A DNA stretch of 38,263 bases, from positions 1-38,263 of the forward strand of contig CAYYMU010000002.1 of the NCBI GenBank assembly GCA_964472445.1, in the 5' to 3' direction. Shown piece after piece: positions 10,097 to 22,455 of the stretch (positions within the stretch are counted from its first letter, which is position 1; each line of letters begins with the position of its first letter). The notes beneath the pieces were generated by a model. That model was not told the origin of the DNA and ran no database searches. It was given only the letters and a program-made list of their open reading frames with translations. The DNA is from an uncultured Desulfobacteraceae bacterium (GTDB lineage Bacteria > Desulfobacterota > Desulfobacteria > Desulfobacterales > ETH-SRB1). A program made the translations under genes and the position numbers.

Positions 10097-11140
10097 TCAA
10101 ACCCACTTGATAAGCGTGTCTGATTCTTTTCTTTCAACAACCTTCCCTATTATAAAACCTTTTTCTTTCATAGCGCTGAGCTGTTCTAACACATCCTGTG
10201 CCATATCTTCCGCTACAACCGCTATCATCCCTAATCCATTATTAAAAGTGCGCATCATTTCTCTGTCTGATATATTGCCGGCATTCTGTAAAAAAGAAAA
10301 AACAGGGGGGACATCCCAGCTGTTACTGTACATCTCAATACCGCATCCTTTTGGTATAACCCGGATAAGATTGTCTTCAATTCCTCCGCCTGTAATGTGG
10401 GCAAACCCATGTACGGGCAATCTCTTGTTTATACTATAAGTAACAGCAGAATATATCTTTGTCGGCTTAATAAGCTCTTCGCCTATTGTCATTCCAAGAT
10501 CAGGAATATAATCATCGATTTTTAATTTCAGAACATCAAAACATATTTTTCTCGCCAAAGAATAACCATTGCTGTGAAGACCACTGGATGCTATCCCAAT
10601 AACTGTGTTACCGACATGCATTTCAGATCCGTCAACTATTTTGCTGTTATCAACTATACCCACGGCAAAACCAGCAAGATCATATTCGTTTGCTTGATAA
10701 AATCCGGGCATTTCCGCTGTTTCACCGCCTATTAAAGCGCAGTCAGCCTGTCTGCATCCTTCAGCAATCCCCTCGATAATTGAAGTAACAATTTGTGTGT
10801 CAAGTCTGCTTGTTGACAGATAATCAAGAAAAAACAGCGGCTTGGCTCCCTGCACAGCTATATCGTTTACAGACATGGCTACAAGATCGATTCCAACCGT
10901 GTCATGTTTGTTCATCATAAACGCTATTTTAAGCTTGGTTCCAACTCCGTCTGTAGAACTTACAAGAACAGGATTGTCCACATTTGCAAGGTTAAGCGAA
11001 TAAAGACCGCCAAAACCTCCTATTTCGCCCACAACCCCTGTTCTTGGAGTATGTTTTACAATCTTTTTTATAACCCCAACAAGTTTGTTGGCCTTGTCAA
11101 TATCTACTCCTGCATCGGCATATGTTAAAGAATCTTTCAT
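10097..11140 (-). CDS. purM: Phosphoribosylformylglycinamidine cyclo-ligase (AIR synthetase)
   Basis: 347 aa. Motifs: YADAGVDID, GGFGGL, SSTDGVGTKL, HITGGG. Confidence 0.96.
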   Translation of the reverse strand: MKDSLTYADAGVDIDKANKLVGVIKKIVKHTPRTGVVGEIGGFGGLYSLNLANVDNPVLVSSTDGVGTKLKIAFMMNKHDTVGIDLVAMSVNDIAVQGAKPLFFLDYLSTSRLDTQIVTSIIEGIAEGCRQADCALIGGETAEMPGFYQANEYDLAGFAVGIVDNSKIVDGSEMHVGNTVIGIASSGLHSNGYSLARKICFDVLKLKIDDYIPDLGMTIGEELIKPTKIYSAVTYSINKRLPVHGFAHITGGGIEDNLIRVIPKGCGIEMYSNSWDVPPVFSFLQNAGNISDREMMRTFNNGLGMIAVVAEDMAQDVLEQLSAMKEKGFIIGKVVERKESDTLIKWV

Positions 11141-11214
11141 GTGTATCCTTAAAAAGTTGTTCCTAATTGATCAAAAATTAAAACGATTAAGTCAAAAAGT
11201 CAAAACAATTTTTT

Positions 11215-11243
11215 TTGACATCAGGTTCTTTGTGTTGTAATTT
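11215..11243 (+). promoter_or_regulatory. Candidate sigma70 promoter for the alaC-like gene
   Basis: TTGACA, a 17-nt spacer, then TAATTT (weak -10), 47 nt before the ATG, in the divergent purM/alaC spacer. Confidence 0.3.
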
Positions 11244-11289
11244 AACAAAAATATAAACATTTAATTTTAATAGTTACGAGGTTGTTTCT

Positions 11290-12456
11290 ATGAAAAAATT
11301 TGCAAGGCTTGATCGTTTACCCCCTTATGTTTTCACGACTGTAAATAAGATAAAAATGGATGCAAGACATGCCGGGCAGGATATTATAGATCTTGGAATG
11401 GGTAACCCGGATCTTCCCACTCCAAAGCATATAGTTGACAAACTGGTGGAGGCGGCACAAAAACCCCAAAACCACAGGTATTCTGCTTCCAAGGGTATTA
11501 CAAAACTTAGAATTGCCATTAGGGACTGGTACAAACGAAGGTTTGACGTTGATATAGACCATGAAGAGGAAGCAATAGTTACAATCGGCGCTAAAGACGG
11601 AATCTCCCATCTCGTGCTTGTTACAATAAGACCGGGTGATGTTGTGTTTACTCAGAGTCCGACCTATCCTATTCATCCTTATTCAGCAATTATTGCTGGC
11701 GGAGATGTCCGATTGATACCTGTTGGGCCGGATTCGGATTTTTTTGAAAACCTGATGGAGGCTACAAAACAGGCATGGCCCAAGCCAAAACTACTGATTA
11801 TCAGCTTTCCTCATAATCCAACAACAGAGGTTGTTAATCTGGAGTTTTTTGAAAAAATTGTGGATTATGCAAAAGAACATAATGTTATGGTGATTCATGA
11901 TCTTGCTTATGCTGATCTTGTCTTTGACGGTTATAAAGCTCCAAGCTTTCTGCAGGCAAAAGGAGCCAAGGATGTTGGAGTGGAGTTTTTTTCCCTTTCC
12001 AAAAGTTACAGTATGCCTGGCTGGCGGGTAGGATTTTGTGTTGGAAACAAAGAAATGGTAGGCGCCTTACGAAGGATAAAAAGCTATCTTGACTATGGAA
12101 TTTTTCAGCCAATTCAAATAGCATCCATCATAGCCTTAAACGGCCCTCAAGATTGTGTTCAAAACATTCGCAATACTTATAAAGAACGAAGAGATGCCTT
12201 AATATCCGGCCTGAGTCGTGTCGGGTGGGATATAAAAAGCCCAAAGGGAACCATGTTTGTCTGGGGAAAAATTCCAGATCAATTCATTAAAATGGGTTCT
12301 GTTGAATTTTCCAAGTTTTTAATAAAAAATGCTCAGGTAGCTGTTTCTCCTGGTCTGGGTTTTGGCGAATATGGCGATGAATATGTCCGTTTTGCGCTTA
12401 TTGAAAACAACATGCGTATAAACCAGGCCGTAAGGGGAATCAAAAAAATCATGTAA
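11290..12456 (+). CDS. alaC: Class I/II PLP aminotransferase, AlaC (YfdZ)-like glutamate-pyruvate aminotransferase
   Basis: 388 aa. Strong recalled similarity to E. coli AlaC: [80 protein letters not shown]. Confidence 0.85.
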   Translation: MKKFARLDRLPPYVFTTVNKIKMDARHAGQDIIDLGMGNPDLPTPKHIVDKLVEAAQKPQNHRYSASKGITKLRIAIRDWYKRRFDVDIDHEEEAIVTIGAKDGISHLVLVTIRPGDVVFTQSPTYPIHPYSAIIAGGDVRLIPVGPDSDFFENLMEATKQAWPKPKLLIISFPHNPTTEVVNLEFFEKIVDYAKEHNVMVIHDLAYADLVFDGYKAPSFLQAKGAKDVGVEFFSLSKSYSMPGWRVGFCVGNKEMVGALRRIKSYLDYGIFQPIQIASIIALNGPQDCVQNIRNTYKERRDALISGLSRVGWDIKSPKGTMFVWGKIPDQFIKMGSVEFSKFLIKNAQVAVSPGLGFGEYGDEYVRFALIENNMRINQAVRGIKKIM

Positions 12457-12484
12457 CAGGCTGTCTTCCGGGCATTAACAACGC

Positions 12485-12550
12485 TTAACATAAAAAGCCC
12501 CTCTATGCGCTTTGCATCACTGGAAACCAAAATAACTTTTGAGCAATCGG
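12485..12550 (-). repeat. BT module copy in the alaC-hom spacer
   Basis: TAAAAAGCCCCTCTATGCGCTTTGCATCACTGGAAACCAAAATAACTTTTGAGCAATCGG aligns to the reverse complement of 15431-15490. It lacks a good -35 hexamer. Confidence 0.75.
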
Positions 12551-12615
12551 CTACAACAACTTGAAAAAACTCTGGTTTTTACTAAAGAATAAGTTATTTG
12601 AAAGGGTTTATGAAT

Positions 12616-13932
12616 ATGAAAAAAATTAATATTGGTCTGCTTGGCTGCGGTACTGTAGGCACGGGTGTTGCGAAAATCCTTATTGAAAACAAACAACTGC
12701 TTGAATCCCGTGTTGGAGCATCACTAATATTGAAAAATGTTGCCGACATCGACATAAAAAAAGACAGAGGCGTTGTTTTTGACAAGGGTGTGCTGGTAAC
12801 CGATGCATATAAGGTCGTCGATGATCCGGAAATCGATATAATTGTCGAAATGATAGGTGGAGAAGGTATTGCAAAAGAGCTTATCTTAAAGACAATATCA
12901 AACAAAAAACAGATTGTAACCGCCAACAAGGCTCTTCTTGCCGCACACGGCAATCTTATATTCAAGGCTGCTTATACGCAAGGAGTTGACCTTGGTTTTG
13001 AAGCGAGTGTTGGCGGGTGTATGCCTGTAATAAAATCAATTAGAGAATCTCTGGTTGGTGACCGCATAACGTCGATGAGCGGCATACTAAACGGCACCTG
13101 CAACTATATCCTGTCAAAAAGCACTAATGAGGGAATTGCCTTTAAAGACGCTCTGGCCGAGGCTCAGGCTAATGGTTTTGCCGAAGCAGACCCAACCCTT
13201 GATGTAGAGGGAATAGATACAGCGCACAAACTGGCTATATTAACATCACTTGCCTATGGAATGGAGATCAATTTTAACGATATTTTTATTGAAGGGATAT
13301 CCAAAATCACACCAATTGATATTGAATTCGCCGATCAGTTCGGGTTTAAAATAAAACTTCTCGCTATAAGCAAAAACAGAAAACAGGGGGTTGAAGCAAG
13401 AGTGCATCCTGTTATGATACCCGCTGACAATCCACTGTCAAATGTAAATGGTTCGTTGAATGCTATTACAATCTCCGGAGAAGCTGTCGGCAATATAATG
13501 CTTTATGGCTTTGGTGCCGGTATGATGCCCACAGCCAGCGCGGTTGTTGGCGATATTGTTGATATCGCCCGCAACCTTTTATCTGGCGCAACACAAAGAA
13601 TTCCTCTACAGTCCTGCCAGACGGAAAACATAAAAAAAATTCCTGTTATGCCTATTGATGATATTTCAACTAATTACTACTTCAGATTTTCCGTTGTAGA
13701 CAGCCCTGGGGTTTTATCTAAAATATCCGGCATCTTGGGCAATCACGGAATCAGTATAAAATCTGTGCACCAAAAAGGACGCAAATCAACGGGTTCTGTT
13801 CCAATAGTCATTCTTACACATCTTGCAAAGGAATTTGATGTTAAAACAGCCTTGTCAGAAATAGAATCCCTTGATATTGTCAGAGACAAGCCCGTTCTGA
13901 TAAGGGTTGAGGAAAACAATTACTCTGATTAG
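12616..13932 (+). CDS. hom: Homoserine dehydrogenase with C-terminal ACT domain
   Basis: NAD motif LLGCGTVGTGV, catalytic region EASVGG..P, and an ACT-like C-terminus. ATG 12616 has the best spacing to AAGGG. Alternative starts are ATG 12610 and TTG 12598. Confidence 0.93.
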   Translation: MKKINIGLLGCGTVGTGVAKILIENKQLLESRVGASLILKNVADIDIKKDRGVVFDKGVLVTDAYKVVDDPEIDIIVEMIGGEGIAKELILKTISNKKQIVTANKALLAAHGNLIFKAAYTQGVDLGFEASVGGCMPVIKSIRESLVGDRITSMSGILNGTCNYILSKSTNEGIAFKDALAEAQANGFAEADPTLDVEGIDTAHKLAILTSLAYGMEINFNDIFIEGISKITPIDIEFADQFGFKIKLLAISKNRKQGVEARVHPVMIPADNPLSNVNGSLNAITISGEAVGNIMLYGFGAGMMPTASAVVGDIVDIARNLLSGATQRIPLQSCQTENIKKIPVMPIDDISTNYYFRFSVVDSPGVLSKISGILGNHGISIKSVHQKGRKSTGSVPIVILTHLAKEFDVKTALSEIESLDIVRDKPVLIRVEENNYSD

Positions 13933-13957
13933 CCATCTCAAGAGGCAAAGAGGTAAT

Positions 13958-14566
13958 ATGCATATTGTTTGTTCAGATTTAGAGGGCGTTCTTGTTCCTG
14001 AAATATGGATAGGTGTGGCTGAAAAAACAGGTATCAAAGAGTTGAGACTAACGACTCGCGATATATCTGATTACGATGTTTTAATGAAAAAACGCATTGA
14101 AATTCTTCATAAAAACCATCTCACACTTAAGGATATAATCAGTGTTATTAATTCCATAAATCCTCTTGACGGAGCGCTGGAGTTTCTGGAATGGCTCAGA
14201 TCAAACACACAGGTAATAATTCTTTCAGATACATTTGTTGAATTTGCACAGCCCTTAATGAAAAAACTGGGCTGGCCCACGCTTTTTTGCAATTCTTTAA
14301 CAATAGATCAAAACGGCGCTGTTGCCGGATACAATCTCCGACAGAATGATGGTAAGCGCAAGGCAGTGCTTTCCTTAAAAAGCCTCGAATACAATATAAT
14401 AGCTTTTGGCGACTCTTATAACGATATAACAATGCTCAAAGAGGCGGATACAGGTATCCTGTTCAGGCCTCCAGATAATGTAAAACAAGAATTTCCAGAA
14501 CTTCTGGTTTCATATAACTACAATGAGCTTAAACAACACATCAAAACAGCCCTTAAAAAATCTTAG
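13958..14566 (+). CDS. thrH: ThrH-type HAD phosphatase (phosphoserine phosphatase / homoserine phosphotransferase)
   Basis: 202 aa from ATG 13958. Near-collinear with recalled P. aeruginosa ThrH: CSDLEGVLVPEIWI..AEKTGI..TTRDI.DYDVLM, ILSDTF.EF.QPLM, GDSYND. HAD motif I is DLEG. Confidence 0.85.
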   Translation: MHIVCSDLEGVLVPEIWIGVAEKTGIKELRLTTRDISDYDVLMKKRIEILHKNHLTLKDIISVINSINPLDGALEFLEWLRSNTQVIILSDTFVEFAQPLMKKLGWPTLFCNSLTIDQNGAVAGYNLRQNDGKRKAVLSLKSLEYNIIAFGDSYNDITMLKEADTGILFRPPDNVKQEFPELLVSYNYNELKQHIKTALKKS

Positions 14567-14585
14567 GTTTGTGGTCTTTTAGTTT

Positions 14586-14981
14586 ATGATTATACATAAA
14601 ACAAAATGCCGTGTTATTTACGGTGATACAGATAAAATGGGCATAGCCTATCATGCAAATTACCTGCGCTGGTTTGAAATAGGCAGGACAGAACTGTTCA
14701 GATCCTTTAGTCTTCCATATAAAGAAATAGAAGCAAAGGGTATTTTGCTTCCTGTTTCTGAGGTTTATTGTAAATTCCTGTTTCCAGCACAATATGACGA
14801 TATTTTAATTATCGAGACCTCTTTTGATAAAAGCTTTAAAGGGGGCATGAAATTTATATATACAATTATCTGTGAAAACAGCCGGAAAACAGTTACACAG
14901 GGTTACACTAAGCATGCCTGTCTTGATCTTAAAGGCAGGGTGATTCGTCCGCCAAAATTTTTAACAGATATTATGGATTAA
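14586..14981 (+). CDS. YbgC/4HBT-family acyl-CoA thioesterase
   Basis: 131 aa. Hotdog-fold signature VIYGDTDKMGIAYHANYLRWFEIGRTE. Confidence 0.85.
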   Translation: MIIHKTKCRVIYGDTDKMGIAYHANYLRWFEIGRTELFRSFSLPYKEIEAKGILLPVSEVYCKFLFPAQYDDILIIETSFDKSFKGGMKFIYTIICENSRKTVTQGYTKHACLDLKGRVIRPPKFLTDIMD

Positions 14982-15046
14982 TTCAAATAGACCTTGTTAA
15001 ATTCGTAAAAAGTCACGAATTTAACTACAGATGGCTAAGTAAAAAG

Positions 15047-15184
15047 GTTTACCCGCCTTTGGCGGCGCCGGAGGCGACCAGGGTTCATATACAAGGCGTA
15101 GTGTTTTTTCAGGACCGAAGGTATACATATAGTATGTCGAGGTTCTGAAAAAACACTACAACCCGCATGAGGCGGACAAGCACA
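15047..15184 (+). repeat. GC-rich module E plus 19-bp-stem hairpin plus F-like module
   Basis: 15047-15088 GTTTACCCGCCTTTGGCGGCGCCGGAGGCGACCAGGGTTCAT is 40/42 identical to 38152-38193. Hairpin: 15098-15116 GTAGTGTTTTTTCAGGACC pairs with 15141-15159 GGTTCTGAAAAAACACTAC. 15160-15184 AACCCGCATGAGGCGGACAAGCACAG is related to module F. Confidence 0.8.
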
Positions 15185-15199
15185 GTAGATGGGACTTTG

Positions 15200-15500
15200 A
15201 AATAAATCAACTGTAGTTTTTGCCGGTTATCGCAACAGTTCTAATTAAATTAAAACCAGAAAAAACTCAGGTATAACAAATCGTAAACAAAGAACGGGCC
15301 ATAATAAAAACATCAAGCATGCTAATGATTTAATCTTTTATTGATAACAATATATCAACAGGTTCTTTGCTAACGATTTTTAATACATTCAAACAGTTTT
15401 CTAATTTTAATTTAATCATAACTGAAGACTGATTGCTCAAAAGTTATTCTGGTTTCAAGTGCTGCAAAGTGGCATAGTGGAGCTTTTTACGACGCCATCA
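15200..15500 (+). repeat. Repeat family B, copy B1 (301 bp: about 230-bp imperfect palindrome plus BT tail)
   Basis: Manual alignment to 25957-26257 gives 14 substitutions, no indels (about 95 percent identity). The internal long inverted repeat is CAGTT.T.ATTAAATTAAAA.CAGAAAA ... TTTTCTAATTTTAATTTAATCATAACTG. Confidence 0.9.
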
Positions 15501-15521
15501 ACCTTTATTGTGTAATATATT

Positions 15522-16976
15522 ATGAGCTTTGATATCACAAAATTTAAAAAATGTAATATTCTCGTTGTTGGAGATTTAATGGTTGATGAATATTTATGGG
15601 GTAATGTCGACCGCATATCTCCTGAAGCGCCCGTACAGGTTGTTTCAGTTAAAGAAGAAGCTGTTACTTTGGGTGGTTCTGGAAATGTTGTAAACAATCT
15701 TATAGCGCTTGGGGCAAAAGTTTCGCTGGCCGGAGTAATAGGCACAGATAAATACGGCCGGATTTTACTGACAAGGTTAAACAAACTCGGTGTTGATACC
15801 GTTGGGGTTGTCAAGGAGCCCGCAAGATCTACCACCAGAAAAACGAGAATTCTTGCCAGTAATCAACAGGTTCTTAGAATAGACAGGGAAACAACCGGTG
15901 ATATATCCAAACAAACCTTTAATAAGGTTTTAAACCGCCTTAAACACGTAATGCCCGATATAGACCTGATATTAATTTCCGATTATGGCAAAGGCTTTAT
16001 TACCAATTCTTTACTTAAGCACCTGGTGTCTCTTGCACAAAAACATAATAAAATTTCTATTGCAGATCCAAAAGGGCTTGATTTTTTAAAATATTCGGGT
16101 GTTTCTTTGCTCACTCCAAATAAAAAAGAGGCTGCTCTTGCATCAGGAATAGAGATTAATAATGAACAAACCCTGATCAAAGCCGGAAAAAAAATTCTTA
16201 AAATTGCAAAAACAGACAACCTTCTTGTCACGTGTGGCAGGGATGGAATGGTTCTGTTTCAACCAAAACAAAAGCCTTATTATATAAATGCCGAAACAAG
16301 ACAGGTTTTTGATGTGTCTGGCGCAGGTGACACGGTAATTGCTGTGTTGGGGATTGCTGTTGCTTCTGGAGCTTCTCTTGCTGAAGCAGCATCTATTGCT
16401 AATAAAGCGGCCGGCATAGTTGTTGGCAAAGTTGGAACAGCAACTGTTTCAAAAAAGGAACTCTCATCTGTTTTAACACCTGAAAAAAATTATTCTATAA
16501 AAAAACTTGTAGATATTAATAATCTGCCGTCACTTGTACAAAAGCTTAAGAATGATAATAAAAAAATAGTGCTGACAAACGGCTGTTTTGATCTTTTACA
16601 TGCAGGCCATGTTATGCTTTTATCATCTTCCAAAAAACTCGGCGATGTGCTTATAGTTGCAATTGATGATGATATTTCTATAAAAAAACTTAAAGGAACA
16701 GGAAGGCCGATAATCAGCATAAAAGAACGTATAAGCATATTAAGCGCCCTTGATTCTGTTGATTATATTGTGGTGTTTTCCTCAAAACAACTTAACAAAA
16801 TAATTGAATCTATCCGCCCGGACATACTTACAAAAGGCAGTAATTATATATTTGAAGAGGTTATAGGAAGGGAAGTTGTAGAAAAATCTGGTGGAAGGAT
16901 AATACGTGTTCCTATTACAAAAAACATATCTTCAAGCAGTATTATAAATAATATTAAAAATTCTGTTGTTGTTTAA
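15522..16976 (+). CDS. hldE: Bifunctional D-beta-D-heptose 7-phosphate kinase / heptose 1-phosphate adenylyltransferase
   Basis: 484 aa. N-terminal ribokinase-like domain (VVGDLMVDEY, DVSGAGDT) plus a C-terminal cytidylyltransferase domain (TNGCFDLLHAGH). Confidence 0.93.
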   Translation: MSFDITKFKKCNILVVGDLMVDEYLWGNVDRISPEAPVQVVSVKEEAVTLGGSGNVVNNLIALGAKVSLAGVIGTDKYGRILLTRLNKLGVDTVGVVKEPARSTTRKTRILASNQQVLRIDRETTGDISKQTFNKVLNRLKHVMPDIDLILISDYGKGFITNSLLKHLVSLAQKHNKISIADPKGLDFLKYSGVSLLTPNKKEAALASGIEINNEQTLIKAGKKILKIAKTDNLLVTCGRDGMVLFQPKQKPYYINAETRQVFDVSGAGDTVIAVLGIAVASGASLAEAASIANKAAGIVVGKVGTATVSKKELSSVLTPEKNYSIKKLVDINNLPSLVQKLKNDNKKIVLTNGCFDLLHAGHVMLLSSSKKLGDVLIVAIDDDISIKKLKGTGRPIISIKERISILSALDSVDYIVVFSSKQLNKIIESIRPDILTKGSNYIFEEVIGREVVEKSGGRIIRVPITKNISSSSIINNIKNSVVV

Positions 16977-17013
16977 AAACCCTGTGTTTCCAGCTTAGTG
17001 GCTTATTAACAGT

Positions 17014-17322
17014 ATGTTATCTATCAATAAAAATTCTAAAGGCATTGTATTTAAGGTTTTTGTTCAACCAAAATCTTCAAAAAACATGATATCGGGTCTT
17101 TATGGTGATGCTGTTAAAATCAAGCTTACAGCTCCTCCGGTAGATGGTGCTGCAAACAAAATGTGTATAAAATATCTGTCTGATATTATGAAAATTCCAA
17201 AATCAAAAATAGAAATACTTTCAGGTCATACAAGTCGAACAAAACATATTATTATTAAATATAATAATAATTCTGAAGCTGATTTTAAATATATTAAAAA
17301 TATTGTTAAATCTTTAATATAA
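17014..17322 (+). CDS. yggU: DUF167 (YggU) family protein
   Basis: 102 aa. Contains V.PKSSKN...G......K..L.APP.DG.AN pattern typical of YggU. Confidence 0.75.
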   Translation: MLSINKNSKGIVFKVFVQPKSSKNMISGLYGDAVKIKLTAPPVDGAANKMCIKYLSDIMKIPKSKIEILSGHTSRTKHIIIKYNNNSEADFKYIKNIVKSLI

Positions 17323-17327
17323 AAATA

Positions 17328-17356
17328 TTGACTTAATCTTTTATTTTATTTATTAA
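17328..17356 (+). promoter_or_regulatory. Candidate sigma70 promoter for the initiator tRNA
   Basis: TTGACT, a 17-nt spacer, then TATTAA, ending about 20 nt before the mature tRNA 5' end. Confidence 0.4.
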
Positions 17357-17375
17357 TATTTTTCTAATCTCATGT

Positions 17376-17452
<77 letters not shown>

Positions 17453-17463
17453 CAAAAAAAATT

Positions 17464-17497
17464 AAGGGGTTGTGGCCTGTCCGCAACCCCTTTTTAT
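17464..17497 (+). terminator. Intrinsic terminator after the initiator tRNA
   Basis: 12-bp stem AAGGGGTTGTGG / CCGCAACCCCTT with loop CCTGT, followed by TTTTT. Confidence 0.85.
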
Positions 17498-17817
17498 ATA
17501 CTCCGAAACCTATATCCAAAAAGAAGTCTTTGTTTTTATGTAAATAAACACCTCCAGATTGTTGTTCAATAAAGTTTACAACACCCTTTTGCTGTTCATT
17601 ATAAATTTTATCATAATAGTATTGATATTTTTTCAATAATTCATTAGTTATTAACAATAATTATCAATCTGTTTATAGTGTGTGTTTTTTATACATGGTA
17701 ATTATTATTCTTTGTTATATTATTTTATTTATTTGTGTTACAAAATCAGCAGGTTAAAAAGTTATTATATTTATTAACACACATTAATAATAATTTTACT
17801 TATACAGGAATAAAATT

Positions 17818-21371
<3,554 letters not shown>

Positions 21372-21403
21372 GAACAGCAAATAATTATCAGTCACACACA
21401 TAT

Positions 21404-21605
21404 GAGACCTTTGCAAAGCACCCCCTTTTGCCCAAGTTATGCGTCAGGTTTAAGAATAATTTTGAGTTTTTAATTTTGAATGAAGAAAAAACCATTATTA
21501 ATTTAAAATTCAACATTTAAAATTCATAATTTTTTATGTATTCCTGTGGTTGAAACCCTTGCCTTCCTTGAACTTGGACAAAATTGAGCCTTTTTCAAAG
21601 GTCTC
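21404..21605 (-). repeat. Repeat family A, copy A2 (202 bp, AT-rich central insertion)
   Basis: Same termini (GAGACCTTTGCAAAG ... TTTTTCAAAGGTCTC) and flank-core blocks (TTTTGCCCAAGTTATGCGTCAGG ; CCTTCCTTGAACTTGGACAAAATTGA). The apical region is replaced by about 90 nt of AT-rich sequence. Confidence 0.85.
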
Positions 21606-21661
21606 ACAGATAATATTAAGTTTTGTTTGTTTGAGCTGGTTTGTGGCTGAATATAGAGAAT

Positions 21662-22453
21662 ATGTATATTCACAAAGTAGAATCAAGAGATTTGCCGGAT
21701 CTTTGGTTTCAGGCAGTCCATGATATTTTCGATCATGGGAAAAGATTTACAATTGACAGAGGTTCTTATGCCGGCCAGACTCGCCTTGAATATGATTTTT
21801 TTACAGGTCATGTAAAGCATCCGGGAACACGCCCCCTTTTGCCTGATATTCCTCCGTCCTGCGGCATACCAAATCCTGTTGATGAGGAATATATCTACGG
21901 CGGCAAAGGATATACAAGATCTTATATTGAATATCTTATGACTCCATGTAAAGAAGCAGGGGAATCATATACTTATGGAGAACGACTTACCAGGGCTCCG
22001 ATTACCGGACAAAAGCTTAGTTGGTGGAAAAACGGCAATTCAGATATTATTGATAGAAGAGATGTTGACGGTAAGGCTATCTTTGAAGAAAACGGCTGTC
22101 TTTATATTAATCAGATAGAATGGATTATTAATACATATAAACAGTATGGCCAGCGCAATAATCAGATGGTGCTTCAGGTCGCCCATCCTTCTGATATTGC
22201 TTTGTTAGACCCGCCGTGTTTACGTTCAATAGACACACGAATACAGGACAACACTCTACACTTTATTATTTATTTCAGATCATGGGATCTTTGGGGGGGC
22301 TTGCCGGCAAATCTGGCTGGAATTCAAAACCTTAAAGAATATATGGCGGCAGAAATAGGTGTAAACGATGGAGAGATGCTTGTCGAAAGCAAGGGGCTTC
22401 ATCTTTACGGTTATGCAGAAGATCTTGCAAAGTTAAGATGTATGAAAGAATAA
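21662..22453 (+). CDS. Divergent thymidylate-synthase (ThyA-fold) family protein
   Basis: 263 aa from ATG 21662 (TTG 21641 is also possible). ThyA-core equivalents: DPPCLRS (catalytic Cys, compare APCH), YFRSWDLWGGLPANL (compare YQRSxDxxLGxPFN), HLY. The rest is very different from E. coli ThyA. Confidence 0.7.
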   Translation: MYIHKVESRDLPDLWFQAVHDIFDHGKRFTIDRGSYAGQTRLEYDFFTGHVKHPGTRPLLPDIPPSCGIPNPVDEEYIYGGKGYTRSYIEYLMTPCKEAGESYTYGERLTRAPITGQKLSWWKNGNSDIIDRRDVDGKAIFEENGCLYINQIEWIINTYKQYGQRNNQMVLQVAHPSDIALLDPPCLRSIDTRIQDNTLHFIIYFRSWDLWGGLPANLAGIQNLKEYMAAEIGVNDGEMLVESKGLHLYGYAEDLAKLRCMKE

Positions 22454-22455
22454 AG

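Noticed and set aside
12505-12564. 19-codon uORF MRFASLETKITFEQSATTT upstream of hom-thrH, considered as a threonine attenuator leader
   Set aside because: The ATG and first half belong to the dispersed BT repeat, and other copies give unrelated short frames. There is no RBS and no convincing terminator/antiterminator pair follows. The three terminal Thr codons could be chance.
14994-15025. TCGTAAAAAG motif with an upstream AAC, considered as an ECF-sigma (AAC-N16-CGT) promoter family
   Set aside because: The AAC-to-CGT spacing is 16 nt only in the 6765 copy. It is 14, 18 or 20 nt, or absent, in the others.
15390-15420. 29-aa ORF (MIKLKLENCLNVLKIVSKEPVDILL.IKD) on the minus strand inside B1 and B2, considered as a possible type I toxin
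   Set aside because: There is no Shine-Dalgarno sequence and the peptide is not hydrophobic. The frame is destroyed (GTG ATG TAA) in the partial copy at 6840-6860.
17498-17817. Very AT-rich spacer upstream of dnaN, considered as oriC
   Set aside because: I found no perfect DnaA box (TTATCCACA). The best matches are 7/9 (ATTAACACA, TTTACAACA, ATATCCAAA). There is no obvious 13-mer DUE repeat and dnaA is absent. It may just be the dnaN promoter region. This needs Ori-Finder and GC skew on the whole genome.
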